Shown in pieces: positions 1 through 9,726 of a DNA stretch of 64,000 nt; position 1 is the stretch's first letter, and every line of letters begins with the position of its first letter. Location of the stretch: positions 124,001 through 188,000 of the IMG/VR virus record IMGVR_UViG_3300025133_009608; one strand, 5' to 3'. The notes beneath the pieces are model-generated. The model worked only from the letters and a program-made list of their open reading frames with translations, did not search any database and was not told the DNA's origin. Both the position numbers and the translations under genes were made by a program.

Positions 1-36
1 CTCCTGTTTTCTCTATTGGGGGATATTTTACCAAAA

Positions 37-873
37 CTATCTAAGTAGATCTTCAAAAACTTTAAAAAATTCTTCGCCATAGGGCTCATCGAGAATTGAG
101 GAAAACCCCATTCTCTCAAAAGATTCTATAATTTTTTCCCTATTAAAACTTGAATCCGAGAAAACAATCTCAGATGAAACCGAAGAAAGATCAGCAAGCT
201 TTATTAGGGAATAGCTTAATTCATAAGCTTTTCGAAATGATTCATCCAGCAGTCTAGACTCCAACTCGCTTGGCTGATTTAGAATCTTTGAGGCAGTCTT
301 CTTCCCAATCCTACTAACCCCTGGAATATTATCTGCACGATCCCCTACCATTGCCTTCCACGAAACATAATCATAATCCGTGTTCTCTCTATACTTTTTG
401 GCAATTGGATTCCATAACCTAACATTGTTTGGAAACTCATTTAGTATTTGAATAAAATCAGTATCAGAAGATACAACAACGACATCATCATCAAAGTGCA
501 TATTTTTTACTACGAAATAAATAACATCATCAGCCTCATTGTCCGGATGCCCAACTACGGTCAGGGGAAAATCCTTCCTAAGAAGAGAATAAATAATATC
601 TTTCTGTCGTGAGAAGGATGCCCAGTAATCAGCCGACTCCGGATCATCCCTCCTTCTGTTCGCCTTGTACTCTGGAAACATCCTTAGCCTAGAAACCGGA
701 CTGCCATCAAAAGTAAAGTATACTTTATCTGGAGAGAAGTGCAGTAGAAGGGGCTTTATAATTCTAAAAAAATTATAAACAATTTGGAACTCACCCTCTG
801 CATCTCCGCCGCCCCACTGGAATCGACAACGGTGTATCATATTGTAACCATCTATAACAAGTATTCTATTCAA
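37..873 (-). CDS. 5'-3' exonuclease / flap endonuclease (PolA N-terminal, T4 RNase H/T5 D15-like)
   Basis: DGYNMIHR, FDG, YKANR, EADDVI, SSDTDFIQ, GDRADNIPGV and IGKKTA (H3TH) motifs. Confidence 0.95.
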   Translation of the reverse strand: MNRILVIDGYNMIHRCRFQWGGGDAEGEFQIVYNFFRIIKPLLLHFSPDKVYFTFDGSPVSRLRMFPEYKANRRRDDPESADYWASFSRQKDIIYSLLRKDFPLTVVGHPDNEADDVIYFVVKNMHFDDDVVVVSSDTDFIQILNEFPNNVRLWNPIAKKYRENTDYDYVSWKAMVGDRADNIPGVSRIGKKTASKILNQPSELESRLLDESFRKAYELSYSLIKLADLSSVSSEIVFSDSSFNREKIIESFERMGFSSILDEPYGEEFFKVFEDLLR

Positions 874-1030
874 AACAATCTCCTAGGTGGGGCGCAAGTA
901 GCGTAAGCAGCATAAGGCATAATGCCCATGAATATATTCGAATATAGTATATTTCTTTAGCTGCTTTCGATAAGTAAAATATACCGAGCGTTCTTGTTTT
1001 TTCAAGTGCTCTTTTGGATTTAGTTAAAAA

Positions 1031-1066
1031 AATAGCCACGATGGACTTAATCCGTCGCGGCTATTC
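1031..1066 (-). terminator. intrinsic terminator-like hairpin
   Basis: AATAGCC(A/G)CGA inverted repeat directly after stop of 1090..1293, followed by a T-run on the minus strand. Confidence 0.65.
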
Positions 1067-1089
1067 TGCCGAACACCTCTTACGAGGGT

Positions 1090-1293
1090 CTATTCTTCCA
1101 GATTAGAGTTTAGAAAGCTCTGAAGAGTTTTTGCCTCACGGATAGTCATGCTGACCCGCTGATTTGGAATTCTCCAATCTTCCGAATTGACAGTGATATC
1201 AAGACGGTTGCTTCCGGCCTTCTTTCTGGTATCGTTATCTCGAAGAGACAAGCTAAGCCCCTTCGTTTGATGGGCGCTCTTTTTTGCGGGCAT
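1090..1293 (-). CDS. small basic hypothetical protein (possible PC4-like beta-beta-beta-alpha fold)
   Basis: ORF with AAGGAG RBS; ends RVSMTIREAKTLQSFL. Confidence 0.7.
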   Translation of the reverse strand: MPAKKSAHQTKGLSLSLRDNDTRKKAGSNRLDITVNSEDWRIPNQRVSMTIREAKTLQSFLNSNLEE

Positions 1294-1431
1294 GTTAGTT
1301 CTCCTTTTTTGTATTGAAAATCATTATCTTTTTTGGTGCCGACGAACTCTGCGTAGGCTTTTTCGAGACAACTTCGTTGTTTTTTGTTTGATTATTGTTT
1401 TTTCGAGTATTATTCAATCTCAACCTCTTCG

Positions 1432-1716
1432 TTAGTTTTCTTCATCTAAAAGTGCAGAGTCTATTCCCCAGCCCCTTCCGGCTCCAACCATATTATGAGG
1501 AATAATTCCTCCCATGGTCTTTGCCTCAAAGGACACAGCTCCAGTTTGAGCAAGATCATTTGGCTCGCACTTTTCTCTTAAATAAGATAAAGACATTATA
1601 TACAGACTCTCTGTAATTAACGCTCCATCTTCTATAGAAACCTTGTGAGAATCGAGGACTCCCAGTAGTTCTTCTATAATCGTTTCAAAGTATGCAAGAT
1701 TTTCTTTATTTATCAT
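1432..1716 (-). CDS. hypothetical protein
   Basis: start re-assigned to MINKENL, overlapping the stop of the upstream gene. Confidence 0.7.
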   Translation of the reverse strand: MINKENLAYFETIIEELLGVLDSHKVSIEDGALITESLYIMSLSYLREKCEPNDLAQTGAVSFEAKTMGGIIPHNMVGAGRGWGIDSALLDEEN

Positions 1717-1978
1717 CTGTAAGCCAGCCTGGGTTGTAGCGACTGAGTGACGCAATTTCATTTGTGAACGCCCTATTTCCAGAGGCGTCTGCTGTTTTAT
1801 AAATAACTTCAAGAGAATTCATATCAACCTTTTCTACAATCCCTCTTTCGAGGGTGTTGTTATTTTTTCTTATAGTTATGGAGTCTCCTGGATTAAAATC
1901 CTTAATAAAGAAGCACCGATGCTTGTCGAAGGGATACCCCTTCATTTTTGTGAGATTTGAATTCTTTTTATCTTTCAT
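1706..1978 (-). CDS. hypothetical protein
   Basis: co-directional ORF. Confidence 0.7.
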   Translation of the reverse strand: MKDKKNSNLTKMKGYPFDKHRCFFIKDFNPGDSITIRKNNNTLERGIVEKVDMNSLEVIYKTADASGNRAFTNEIASLSRYNPGWLTDDK

Positions 1979-2116
1979 ATTATTTTCTTTCTTCTCCGCT
2001 AAAGGGTTGCGTAATGTACAGTATTATTTTCTATTACTGATTATAGAAATAATACGCCAAATACAGTTTTAATATAACTCAATTGGGCTATAAAGCTGTA
2101 TTTTTCTAAAATATAA

Positions 2117-2192
2117 TGGCGGGTCTACCAGGACTCGAACCTGGAATAGAAGCTTAGAAGGCTACTGTGATATCCTATTTCACCATAGACCC
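2117..2192 (-). tRNA. trnR: tRNA-Arg(UCU)
   Basis: cloverleaf GGGTCTA/TAGACCC, TTCGAGT T-loop, anticodon loop CT-TCT-AA, encoded CCA. Confidence 0.93.
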
Positions 2193-2257
2193 ATAAAGAT
2201 ATTATACTATGAAAAACTACCTAATATTAAAAACCGGTTAGTTATACTGGTCGATCT

Positions 2258-2503
2258 TTATGATTCCATCTCTTCTTTTAAGAATCGATTTCCACGATTC
2301 CACACTTGAGATGCTGAACTTTTCGACGATATATTTGTTCTTCTCTTTAGTTTTCGAAATTTCCTTCTCATCTTTCTCGCACTCGCAGCAGACATGGCTC
2401 CGAATGGGTCTGTCCCAGATTCAGAGTGTTCCTTCCAGAGAGCCTCTGGGACTATCCCGTATAGGGTTTGTCTAATATAACACTCAATGTGGTAAGGACT
2501 CAT
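2258..2503 (-). CDS. basic hypothetical protein
   Basis: ORF between tRNAs. Confidence 0.65.
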   Translation of the reverse strand: MSPYHIECYIRQTLYGIVPEALWKEHSESGTDPFGAMSAASARKMRRKFRKLKRRTNISSKSSASQVWNRGNRFLKEEMES

Positions 2504-2678
2504 TCATTGCTCTTTTTGGGGTGATTACTAACGAAACCTCAGCTATTTCGCTTTCATCTGAATTACATTTCCCTTCTATGCTACCGACTTGCGACACAAT
2601 CAGTGGTACGGCTGAGAGAGATTATCTTAGGCAGAATGTCGCTTCTGCTTTTTCATCTTATATTCAATGAAAAAATAA

Positions 2679-2761
2679 TGCCCAAAGCCGGACTCGAACC
2701 GGCACGACCAATGGTCAAGTGATTTTAAATCACTCGTGTCTACCTATTCCACCATAAGGGC
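2679..2761 (-). tRNA. trnL: tRNA-Leu(UAA), long variable arm, two U-U mismatches in acceptor stem, no encoded CCA
   Basis: AGTGA-TTTAAAA-TCACT anticodon arm; GCCGG-TTCGAGT-CCGGC T arm. Confidence 0.85.
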
Positions 2762-2854
2762 CAAAGCATATATCTGATAACTAACTTGAAGCAGAAGGCG
2801 GTGCGCTCCGCCGTTGTGATTACCAGAGCAATATAGTCACAAATTTAAAAAAAT

Positions 2855-3538
2855 CTATAGATTATTTGGGCAATTTTCGTATGCGGATTTTACCATCTTC
2901 TTTACTGTCTTTGATATTCCTGGATTTACAATCATCGCCATCGGCAATAATTCATTTCGAATATAGTTTCGCATATACCGAGAATCAGAATTTGACGGAT
3001 CGATAATGTATGGAATATTTTTTCTTTCGCACCAAGAAACAAGATCTTCTTTTTCTGTCAAAAGAAATGGGCGAAGGAAGTTATCCCTTTGGTGCGGAAT
3101 CAGCCTTCCCCTGCCATGGAGAGATGTAAATACCCAGTTCTCAACTGAGTCACCCAAATGATGAGCAGTTATAATTGTAGTAATTGAACAAAAAAATTCA
3201 TTCAAACCCTCTCTGCCAATCCCCATTGATTCGTGCCTCTTGTTTGCATAGCTGGAAAAAAATCCGTACCGCTCATTTCTCCAGTATTCTTCTTGAGATT
3301 CTTCTTTTCTTTTCTCACGAGAAATGCGACCGATAACCAGTGGAATATCATTTTCTTTACAGTAAGCTCTAACAAGCCGCTCTGCGTCCTGAGCGTGTTC
3401 TGATCCATGATTGAAGTGAAGAGCTACCAAGTCTCTCTTGCCGCCGTTATAAGCGAAGCTAAGGGCCGCCATTGAGTCTGCCCCACCACTAACTGCAATG
3501 ACAACTTTATGCGGGATTTGTCCCAGTACTCGAATCAT
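2855..3538 (-). CDS. tilS: tRNA(Ile)-lysidine synthetase, catalytic PP-loop domain
   Basis: AVSGGADS PP-loop, HFNHG, TAHHLGD, RPFL, DPSN, RNYIRNELLP; start moved to MIRVLG (GAGG RBS). Confidence 0.9.
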   Translation of the reverse strand: MIRVLGQIPHKVVIAVSGGADSMAALSFAYNGGKRDLVALHFNHGSEHAQDAERLVRAYCKENDIPLVIGRISREKRKEESQEEYWRNERYGFFSSYANKRHESMGIGREGLNEFFCSITTIITAHHLGDSVENWVFTSLHGRGRLIPHQRDNFLRPFLLTEKEDLVSWCERKNIPYIIDPSNSDSRYMRNYIRNELLPMAMIVNPGISKTVKKMVKSAYENCPNNL

Positions 3539-3556
3539 CTCGAACCTCTCTATCAT

Positions 3557-3588
3557 GGCTATAATAAATCGAGATTATTTATATCAAA
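3557..3588 (-). promoter_or_regulatory. variant-class (TCTCGA) phage promoter upstream of tilS
   Basis: TTGATA-TAAATAATCTCGATTTAT-TATAGC; near-identical copy at ~18935-18963, degenerate copies at ~36019-36049, ~46907-46936 and ~47281-47309. Confidence 0.7.
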
Positions 3589-3593
3589 ATTTT

Positions 3594-3848
3594 CTAATGC
3601 ATTGTTCCGCCAAGGCTTCCGCCGTTGGCATATAGTATTTCAATAATCTTTTCCATATAGATTATGCGCGTTTCTAGCATCTCAATGTTATCAGACAACA
3701 CTCCAAACCTCGCAGAGTGCAGCTGCATATGTTTATTTAATACTTCGACTTTGGCTTGTTCTGCATCTACCTTGTTTTTGTGTAAAAGAAACAAAGTTGT
3801 TACTAAATTTAGTATGCAAAATATCGATAATAAAATTAATGTTTCCAA
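3594..3848 (-). CDS. membrane-anchored coiled-coil hypothetical protein
   Basis: N-terminal hydrophobic helix; GGAG RBS. Confidence 0.7.
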   Translation of the reverse strand: METLILLSIFCILNLVTTLFLLHKNKVDAEQAKVEVLNKHMQLHSARFGVLSDNIEMLETRIIYMEKIIEILYANGGSLGGTMH

Positions 3849-3968
3849 CCTTTAACTCCAAGATTTGCCATAAAACAGATATCTACTACTAAGTGAGATA
3901 TGGTCAACGGCTGTCGCTAAATGAAGTTTCAATAGTAGATGGTAATCATTATGTAAGCGGAGCAAGTC

Positions 3969-4169
3969 ATGCTTAAAGATTTATTTATATATGCAGCAAC
4001 GGCCATAATTGCCTCTGTAGCGACTATCGTTGTATTCGGTCACGAGCCATCCGGCCCGAACCCACACGTGGTAGGAGCGGCCTATGAGCTTCCGGCAGAA
4101 CATCTGATATATTCATCTCAAATGAGCCCAGAGACTCTGGTATTTTCAGACGAACTATTTTCCAACTAA
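3969..4169 (+). CDS. small membrane hypothetical protein
   Basis: GGAG RBS; N-terminal TM helix. Confidence 0.65.
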   Translation: MLKDLFIYAATAIIASVATIVVFGHEPSGPNPHVVGAAYELPAEHLIYSSQMSPETLVFSDELFSN

Positions 4170-4453
4170 GCCTTTAGCTTGTCCAAAATAAACAAAGCAG
4201 AATAACTATTATCTTCTGATAGCTCTACCACTTCCCAGTCGCCTAGCTCGTCAATCAGCCTATCATAGGCCTGGCCGGATCCCATCCTTCTTTGCGACTT
4301 GAGTCCCATATTTATAGTTCGAGTCAGATCGCCGAGTCTCGGCCATGTCTTGCCCAATTTGGACCACTCACTTCTTGAGATTGATCTTAAAAATAAACCG
4401 GTTTTTTTATTTCTCAATTTATAGCCTAGCGGCTTTGGCTTGCTTTCGTTCAT
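4166..4453 (-). CDS. hypothetical protein
   Basis: coupled to upstream CYTH gene. Confidence 0.7.
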   Translation of the reverse strand: MNESKPKPLGYKLRNKKTGLFLRSISRSEWSKLGKTWPRLGDLTRTINMGLKSQRRMGSGQAYDRLIDELGDWEVVELSEDNSYSALFILDKLKA

Positions 4454-4455
4454 AA

Positions 4456-5013
4456 CTACTTAGCGAGGCCTTCTTCGCAAAAGATCTCATACAGTGATCT
4501 TGACTCCCTTCTTAGGGAGGTCGTATCGAGCTGCCTCGCCCAGTCATTTATTATGGACACACCCTCTTCTGGCGTGGAATAGCTATGAGACTCAAGTTCA
4601 ATAACATTTCTTCCATCTGATAATGTATAATATGACAAATCACAATTATGGAAGTTCCAAATCCAGGCCTCCTTGTATACTTGAAATGACTTACTATATC
4701 CGCTTAAACCCAAAAACTCCTCAACTGCAGAGTCATCATTCGCAGATACATCAAGATTAATTTCTGTTCTTACTATATTTTCTTTAAGCTTTCGCTTTAC
4801 AGTAAGCTCGTATAAGCCGCCGCCCTTTCTAAACCTAACGAAGTCCTTGTCGTCCCCGTTGTCTCTTGTGTAATAATCATCGCACGAAACAACATAGATC
4901 GGCTTTGGCATATGGCATTCTGCATCGGCAACAACCAATTCGATCTTCTTGGCGAAGGATTCTTTCGAATAATCGTCGGCCCAATACTTGTATTCTATTT
5001 CTTTAAACTTCAT
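4456..5013 (-). CDS. CYTH (class IV adenylate cyclase/triphosphate tunnel metalloenzyme) domain protein
   Basis: N-terminal EIEYK (ExExK), D-x-Y, VRFR, LTVK, RTEI, ELE. Confidence 0.85.
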   Translation of the reverse strand: MKFKEIEYKYWADDYSKESFAKKIELVVADAECHMPKPIYVVSCDDYYTRDNGDDKDFVRFRKGGGLYELTVKRKLKENIVRTEINLDVSANDDSAVEEFLGLSGYSKSFQVYKEAWIWNFHNCDLSYYTLSDGRNVIELESHSYSTPEEGVSIINDWARQLDTTSLRRESRSLYEIFCEEGLAK

Positions 5014-5068
5014 GTGCTCCTCTTGTTATTTAACAAGAATATAATCTCATGTAGCAATCGGACAACCA

Positions 5069-5341
5069 CTAATCTGCATCAGCATAATCTAAGTCATAAG
5101 GGTCGATGATTTTTTTGCAGTTCTTCTTGGAAAAATTCAAGGCCAGCTGGCCCACTGTCTCTGCTGTGATATTTTTGCCCGAAATTTTAGCAACAAGATC
5201 ATAGTCTACACACTGATAGAACGCCGTGATGAAATCATCAATGTAAGATAGGCTAACCGGCTCTACAAGCTTTGAGGCATCTTCGGAGAATGAGTACATA
5301 AGCCTAACTATATCTATGTAATTACTTTCTATCTCTGTCAT
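5069..5341 (-). CDS. hypothetical protein
   Basis: co-directional overlapping ORF. Confidence 0.7.
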   Translation of the reverse strand: MTEIESNYIDIVRLMYSFSEDASKLVEPVSLSYIDDFITAFYQCVDYDLVAKISGKNITAETVGQLALNFSKKNCKKIIDPYDLDYADAD

Positions 5342-6059
5342 TTTTAATAATCTCCCTCACACTGTTCAGTGTCTTTTTGTCATTAATGCCAACGACCTCT
5401 TGTCGGTTGCTAGTCAGAACCCCTCCGAGCCCTTCTGACTCTGCGGCGAGCTTTATTACGTCTGTTATATAATACTCATTATTTGGAGGATGAGGCTTAA
5501 GACCTGGGACTGCAATCGAAAACAGCCAAGCTGCATCAAATATATAAAATCCAGTATTAAACTCTGTAATAAGAAGCTGCTCCGGTGTTGCTTCCGATGC
5601 TTCAACTATTTCTCTTATAAGATTTTTGTCTCTTACAACCCTTCCATATCCAGAGCTCTTTGCTTCTTCTTTTTTAATATTGGAAGTAAGGATCGTGCAC
5701 AAGCCAGTATGTTTTTTATATAACATCTTTAGGGTATTTGCAGATATAAGAGGCGCATCGCCGGGCATTACCAAGACGACTCCGGAGTGTGGAATCTTAT
5801 CTCCAGCAAGCATAACCGCATGTCCGGTCCCAAGCTGCTGGTCTTGATCTATGAATTGGGTTTTATCGGGAAGGATAAATTTTATTAAATCCTTCTTATG
5901 GCCAACAATGACTACGGGCTCAAACCCAGCGCCACTAGCCGCCGCATATACCATCTCGATCATAGTTTTATCTCCAACCTCATGCAAGACCTTTGGAAGG
6001 CTTGACTGCATTCTAGTTCCCCTTCCTGCTGCCAGGATTAGAGCTACTGGTTTATTCAT
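5322..6059 (-). CDS. glmU: GlmU-type sugar-phosphate nucleotidyltransferase (N-terminal pyrophosphorylase domain only)
   Basis: LILAAGRGTRMQSSLPKVLH, QLGTGHAV, GDAPLI, GYGRVVR, EFNTGFY, EYYITD, GIND; no left-handed beta-helix domain. Confidence 0.9.
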   Translation of the reverse strand: MNKPVALILAAGRGTRMQSSLPKVLHEVGDKTMIEMVYAAASGAGFEPVVIVGHKKDLIKFILPDKTQFIDQDQQLGTGHAVMLAGDKIPHSGVVLVMPGDAPLISANTLKMLYKKHTGLCTILTSNIKKEEAKSSGYGRVVRDKNLIREIVEASEATPEQLLITEFNTGFYIFDAAWLFSIAVPGLKPHPPNNEYYITDVIKLAAESEGLGGVLTSNRQEVVGINDKKTLNSVREIIKNDRDRK

Positions 6060-6694
6060 GACTTTATGGTGTCCAATATATTAGAATAAGACTCTCCGAG
6101 AGTGGCGTATAGCCCCTGGTCCTCTAGGGCTATAGATAGGGGATCGGTTCCGGCAAACGGATCAGCACAGACATCGCCCTCGCACAATGTTCTATTTAAG
6201 ATATCTCTCCAGATCTCTGGGGGTTTCGCCGACTGTCCTTTTGGTTTTTTGTATTCGAAAATATTCGGAACTCCTTGGACGTAATTCTTTGGCTTCCCCT
6301 TTGATGCGTATAAAATATACTCGGTTTGATTCCTCCAATGGTATCCCATCCCCATTACAGACTTGTTCCAAACCAACATGTTTCTGAACTTCCATCCCGC
6401 CGCCTCAAGAGCTCCCCATGTTCTTCTTAGTCCGTCTCTATTGCAAAAGATATAAAGCCTTGCACCATCGTTTGATCTTTCAAAGGCGTTTTTTATAAAG
6501 CTTTCTATTCCAGCCCAATCAAGTCTCGTGTACATTTCGTCGACATTATCAATGTGATTAAATCGAGAAGTTCCGTTTTGATTATTAAAAGGATATGGAG
6601 GGTCTGTTATCCATACATCGATGTTTTTTTCTAGAGCAGAGAACCAATCGTCTATATCCAAAGAGGTCTTTGTTATTTTTGACATTACATTCAT
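6056..6694 (-). CDS. DNA amino-methyltransferase (N6-A/N4-C, beta class)
   Basis: TDPPY catalytic motif IV before DPFAGT SAM-binding motif I; KP motif. Confidence 0.9.
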   Translation of the reverse strand: MNVMSKITKTSLDIDDWFSALEKNIDVWITDPPYPFNNQNGTSRFNHIDNVDEMYTRLDWAGIESFIKNAFERSNDGARLYIFCNRDGLRRTWGALEAAGWKFRNMLVWNKSVMGMGYHWRNQTEYILYASKGKPKNYVQGVPNIFEYKKPKGQSAKPPEIWRDILNRTLCEGDVCADPFAGTDPLSIALEDQGLYATLGESYSNILDTIKS

Positions 6695-6732
6695 CCAGGG
6701 TTCGAGTTACAACTAGTTTACGCAAACTAGTT

Positions 6733-7293
6733 TTAAATAATTTCATCTATAACGCCCATGCTTAGCGCTTCTTCCGCCGACATGTACCAATCTTTTTTTG
6801 TTTTTAATATCTCTGAGAGCTTCTTCTTGGAAATCTTCGTAAGAGATGTTGTCATATCTTCTATTTTCTTTTGAAGCTTCTTGGTTTGAGCCAAGGACTC
6901 TTCCATGTCCTGAACTTTTCCGTAGAATCCAGTTGATACCTGATGATAAAGGGGAGTTGAGTGCTTATATCCAAATCGCTTATGGCCATTTATTAAAATC
7001 ACAAATCCACATGACATAGCGGCTCCAGTCACTATTGTATGAATTGGAACGGCAGAATTTTCAATAACACCAATAAGCCCGAAGCATTGATATACAGCGC
7101 CACCATAGGAGTCGATATATAGCTTAATTGGCTTTGGAATATATTCTAAATCATAAACCGAATATAGTTTTTTTAGCGTTGCATCGTCATCATTTATCTC
7201 TATAATAGACTTTGTAAGATCATTCATCGAAGCCTGAGTAACTTGTTTTGGTAAGTATATATTTCTTTTTAATGGCAATGGTAAGTCCTTCAT
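6733..7293 (-). CDS. clpP: ClpP-family serine protease
   Basis: IKLYIDSYGG, GAAMSCG (Ser), KRF, YHQ (His), DWYMSAEEALSMGVIDEI; start moved to MKDLP (AGGAGG RBS). Confidence 0.92.
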   Translation of the reverse strand: MKDLPLPLKRNIYLPKQVTQASMNDLTKSIIEINDDDATLKKLYSVYDLEYIPKPIKLYIDSYGGAVYQCFGLIGVIENSAVPIHTIVTGAAMSCGFVILINGHKRFGYKHSTPLYHQVSTGFYGKVQDMEESLAQTKKLQKKIEDMTTSLTKISKKKLSEILKTKKDWYMSAEEALSMGVIDEII

Positions 7294-7551
7294 TAGACGA
7301 CCTCCTTTCTTCTTTTTATTAAGATTTATTACCATCAAGCCTCGATCCGCTTTTCACATAGCGGGCGATTAGATTTTATTTATCATAGCTTGCAACTTAT
7401 TGGCTTACTATAATAATGTATTTTCGCAATATTTTATAGAATCAAGTCCAAAAATACATTTAAACTCTAGGCGCAAGATCTAATTAAAAAGCAAACAGGC
7501 TTATCTAGTTTTTATTTTTGTGTCACTTTGCCCGGCCCCAAACACCCCCTC

Positions 7552-7758
7552 CTAAAGCATCGGGGCCAGGTGGAAGTCATCTCGATATAGCGCCCTTACC
7601 TTTCCCTCGTAGTACCCGAAGAACATGCCCCACTTTCCCGAACCGACATCTCCCAAGTAGACTCCAATAGATTTTTTGTGAGTTCCATTGACCTCAACTA
7701 GGGTTCCTACCGTTATCTCTTGGCCCATTGGAATCATCCTGTCTTTCTTGTTATTCAT
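7552..7758 (-). CDS. hypothetical protein
   Basis: ORF with AAGGA RBS. Confidence 0.65.
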   Translation of the reverse strand: MNNKKDRMIPMGQEITVGTLVEVNGTHKKSIGVYLGDVGSGKWGMFFGYYEGKVRALYRDDFHLAPML

Positions 7759-7793
7759 AATTCCTTATCTATAATAAAAATCACCAATTTGCC

Positions 7794-8252
7794 CTACAGC
7801 TTCCCTGATAGCACATCAGATGCTATCAGAGCTCTAACTAGCGAATAGTCTGTCGCTTCATTTCTATAGGAATATTCTTCTTTGAATGATATTGCATATG
7901 TAGCCGCTCCGATCTTCTTGTAAATAGTCCTCTCCCCAACGGACGCCTCCTCTCCTGCCAGGTATGGGGTGATAACTTCATCAATTGCCTTTATTAAAAA
8001 GTCCTTCGTTATAAACCTGGAGATAAGGGCGGCTCTTGAATCCTCATCCAAAGAAAACAAGTGTTCCTCCTCTAATCGCTCGGATAGGTCCGGCGAGTCT
8101 ATCTCTTCGTAAACTTTATCTTCTATCGTTCTTCGAATAATATCCAAAGAGTCGCCAGAAAACTGATTAATTTTCTCTTTAATTTTTGCTATGTTGTGCA
8201 CAGATAATGATTTTGGAATTTCCAGCATAACCATTCTAATTGATCCTGACAT
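7794..8252 (-). CDS. hypothetical protein
   Basis: co-directional ORF. Confidence 0.75.
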   Translation of the reverse strand: MSGSIRMVMLEIPKSLSVHNIAKIKEKINQFSGDSLDIIRRTIEDKVYEEIDSPDLSERLEEEHLFSLDEDSRAALISRFITKDFLIKAIDEVITPYLAGEEASVGERTIYKKIGAATYAISFKEEYSYRNEATDYSLVRALIASDVLSGKL

Positions 8253-8269
8253 TTTACCAACCTATAAGT

Positions 8270-8518
8270 TTAGACTTCTTCTTCAATCTTAATGACCTCG
8301 TAATGATCGCCAAATATAACTCCCGAAAGGCTTACCTCTGGGGACCAAAACACCATTAGGCACTCATCTTCGTATGGCCAGCGTCCCAATATGATCCCAA
8401 AATGAAAATCATCTTCAATGAATTTTTCTTTAAATTTTATAAAATCGCCGGCGCTCAGGTTGTCACACGGTGGAGAAGGCTTTAGTATGCTGAGTGATGA
8501 TGAAAAGGCAGTATCCAC
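8270..8518 (-). CDS. hypothetical protein
   Basis: co-directional ORF. Confidence 0.6.
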   Translation of the reverse strand: MDTAFSSSLSILKPSPPCDNLSAGDFIKFKEKFIEDDFHFGIILGRWPYEDECLMVFWSPEVSLSGVIFGDHYEVIKIEEEV

Positions 8519-8540
8519 AGTTTTCTCTCGGTGATATATT

Positions 8541-8945
8541 TTAGCTTCCGCCGTAAGTGATATGAAGATCTATTTCCTCTTCATAGTCCTCTTCCTTGCC
8601 GAAGATTGCCCGGTCCACATAGCCGCCTGTTGTTGGGTCGTCTATATCTAATACATATTCTTCTGAGTTAATGAAGGTAGGAGTCCCCTCTCCTAGCCAT
8701 GCTCCCAAGATATTATATTCTAGCCACTCCACTGCATCATCCCTGCTCCAATCGTTCTCGGCAACAAGGCACTCTATAACTTTCGCGGTGCAGTATAGAA
8801 CTAGATTTTTCTTTTCTTTTCGATCCCAGTGGTCATATTCTGGGCTTACTTCGCTTACAGACCCAAGTATTGCGCTTTTAAATACATCCTTTGGATCCAA
8901 AAACAGCGCATCTTCATCGGCGTTTTCAATTGGCATTATTAACAT
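8541..8945 (-). CDS. acidic phage hypothetical protein
   Basis: DAVEWLEYNILGAWLGEGTP segment resembles a recurrent phage family. Confidence 0.75.
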   Translation of the reverse strand: MLIMPIENADEDALFLDPKDVFKSAILGSVSEVSPEYDHWDRKEKKNLVLYCTAKVIECLVAENDWSRDDAVEWLEYNILGAWLGEGTPTFINSEEYVLDIDDPTTGGYVDRAIFGKEEDYEEEIDLHITYGGS

Positions 8946-8962
8946 TTATTAATCTCCCGTAT

Positions 8963-9148
8963 CTATGCTTCTAAAATTACCATTAAATATTTTTCTTTAT
9001 TTGACCCCGAAATTCGTCCATCCCGCCATACGATTACGGCTCTTTTGTCCGCGTTTCTATCTGGTCTGCTTGGCGGGAGGCTCGCCTTTATGACAATGCC
9101 ACAATCGTTAGGAGAGTTCTTTTTATAAACTATATCTCCGATCTTCAT
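8963..9148 (-). CDS. hypothetical protein
   Basis: MKIGDIV-type small phage ORF. Confidence 0.65.
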   Translation of the reverse strand: MKIGDIVYKKNSPNDCGIVIKASLPPSRPDRNADKRAVIVWRDGRISGSNKEKYLMVILEA

Positions 9149-9149
9149 T

Positions 9150-9608
9150 TTAAATCCATTCGTCTTTCTTATTAAGATTATTCTCGACCCACGAAATGTC
9201 TAGAGTCCACTCTTCTCCTGATCTCTTCATCCAAGTTTCAAATGCTGCGTCAATGTAATGCTTCGCGTCTGACTCGGCCCAGCTATTTACTCTCATTAAG
9301 TGTCGCATAGCCCTTTGCCCGTTTCCAGTGGCGTTTGCCCTTCCTATGTGCTTTACTTCATGACAACTCGGGCAAAGGGCTATCAGTCCGTCTAGCCGCT
9401 GTACCTTTGTTTTTTCGTCATAATCCCATATTTCGTGGGCTTCAGTTGGCCACCTGCTCCCCTTTCCTCCGCACACTTCGCACCTATATCCCGCCTTAGC
9501 ATAGCATTCTTTTCTGAGCTTATCCCATTCAGACTTTTTTAGTTCGGACCTAAGATTCGCTCCCCATTGGCCGCGTGGTACGAGCTCTATTGTGAGTTTG
9601 GCTACCAT
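9150..9608 (-). CDS. HNH endonuclease-family protein
   Basis: CEVCG ... AHE ... ALCPSCHEVKH zinc/HNH pattern. Confidence 0.8.
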   Translation of the reverse strand: MVAKLTIELVPRGQWGANLRSELKKSEWDKLRKECYAKAGYRCEVCGGKGSRWPTEAHEIWDYDEKTKVQRLDGLIALCPSCHEVKHIGRANATGNGQRAMRHLMRVNSWAESDAKHYIDAAFETWMKRSGEEWTLDISWVENNLNKKDEWI

Positions 9609-9726
9609 TCTTTTGAGAGGGTTAGTAGTCTAGATTTTAGGCGGCGACAGTTAGCGCAAGACAATCGCTTGTCTGTCCCCGGCTTACACTCGAAGTTCTG
9701 GTAACAATAGGGCTTGTTCTTTTCGG

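Noticed and set aside
2510-2675. Possible small ncRNA or pseudogene between 2503 and tRNA-Leu
   Set aside because: A few short stems and a stop-interrupted frame; neither interpretation is supportable.
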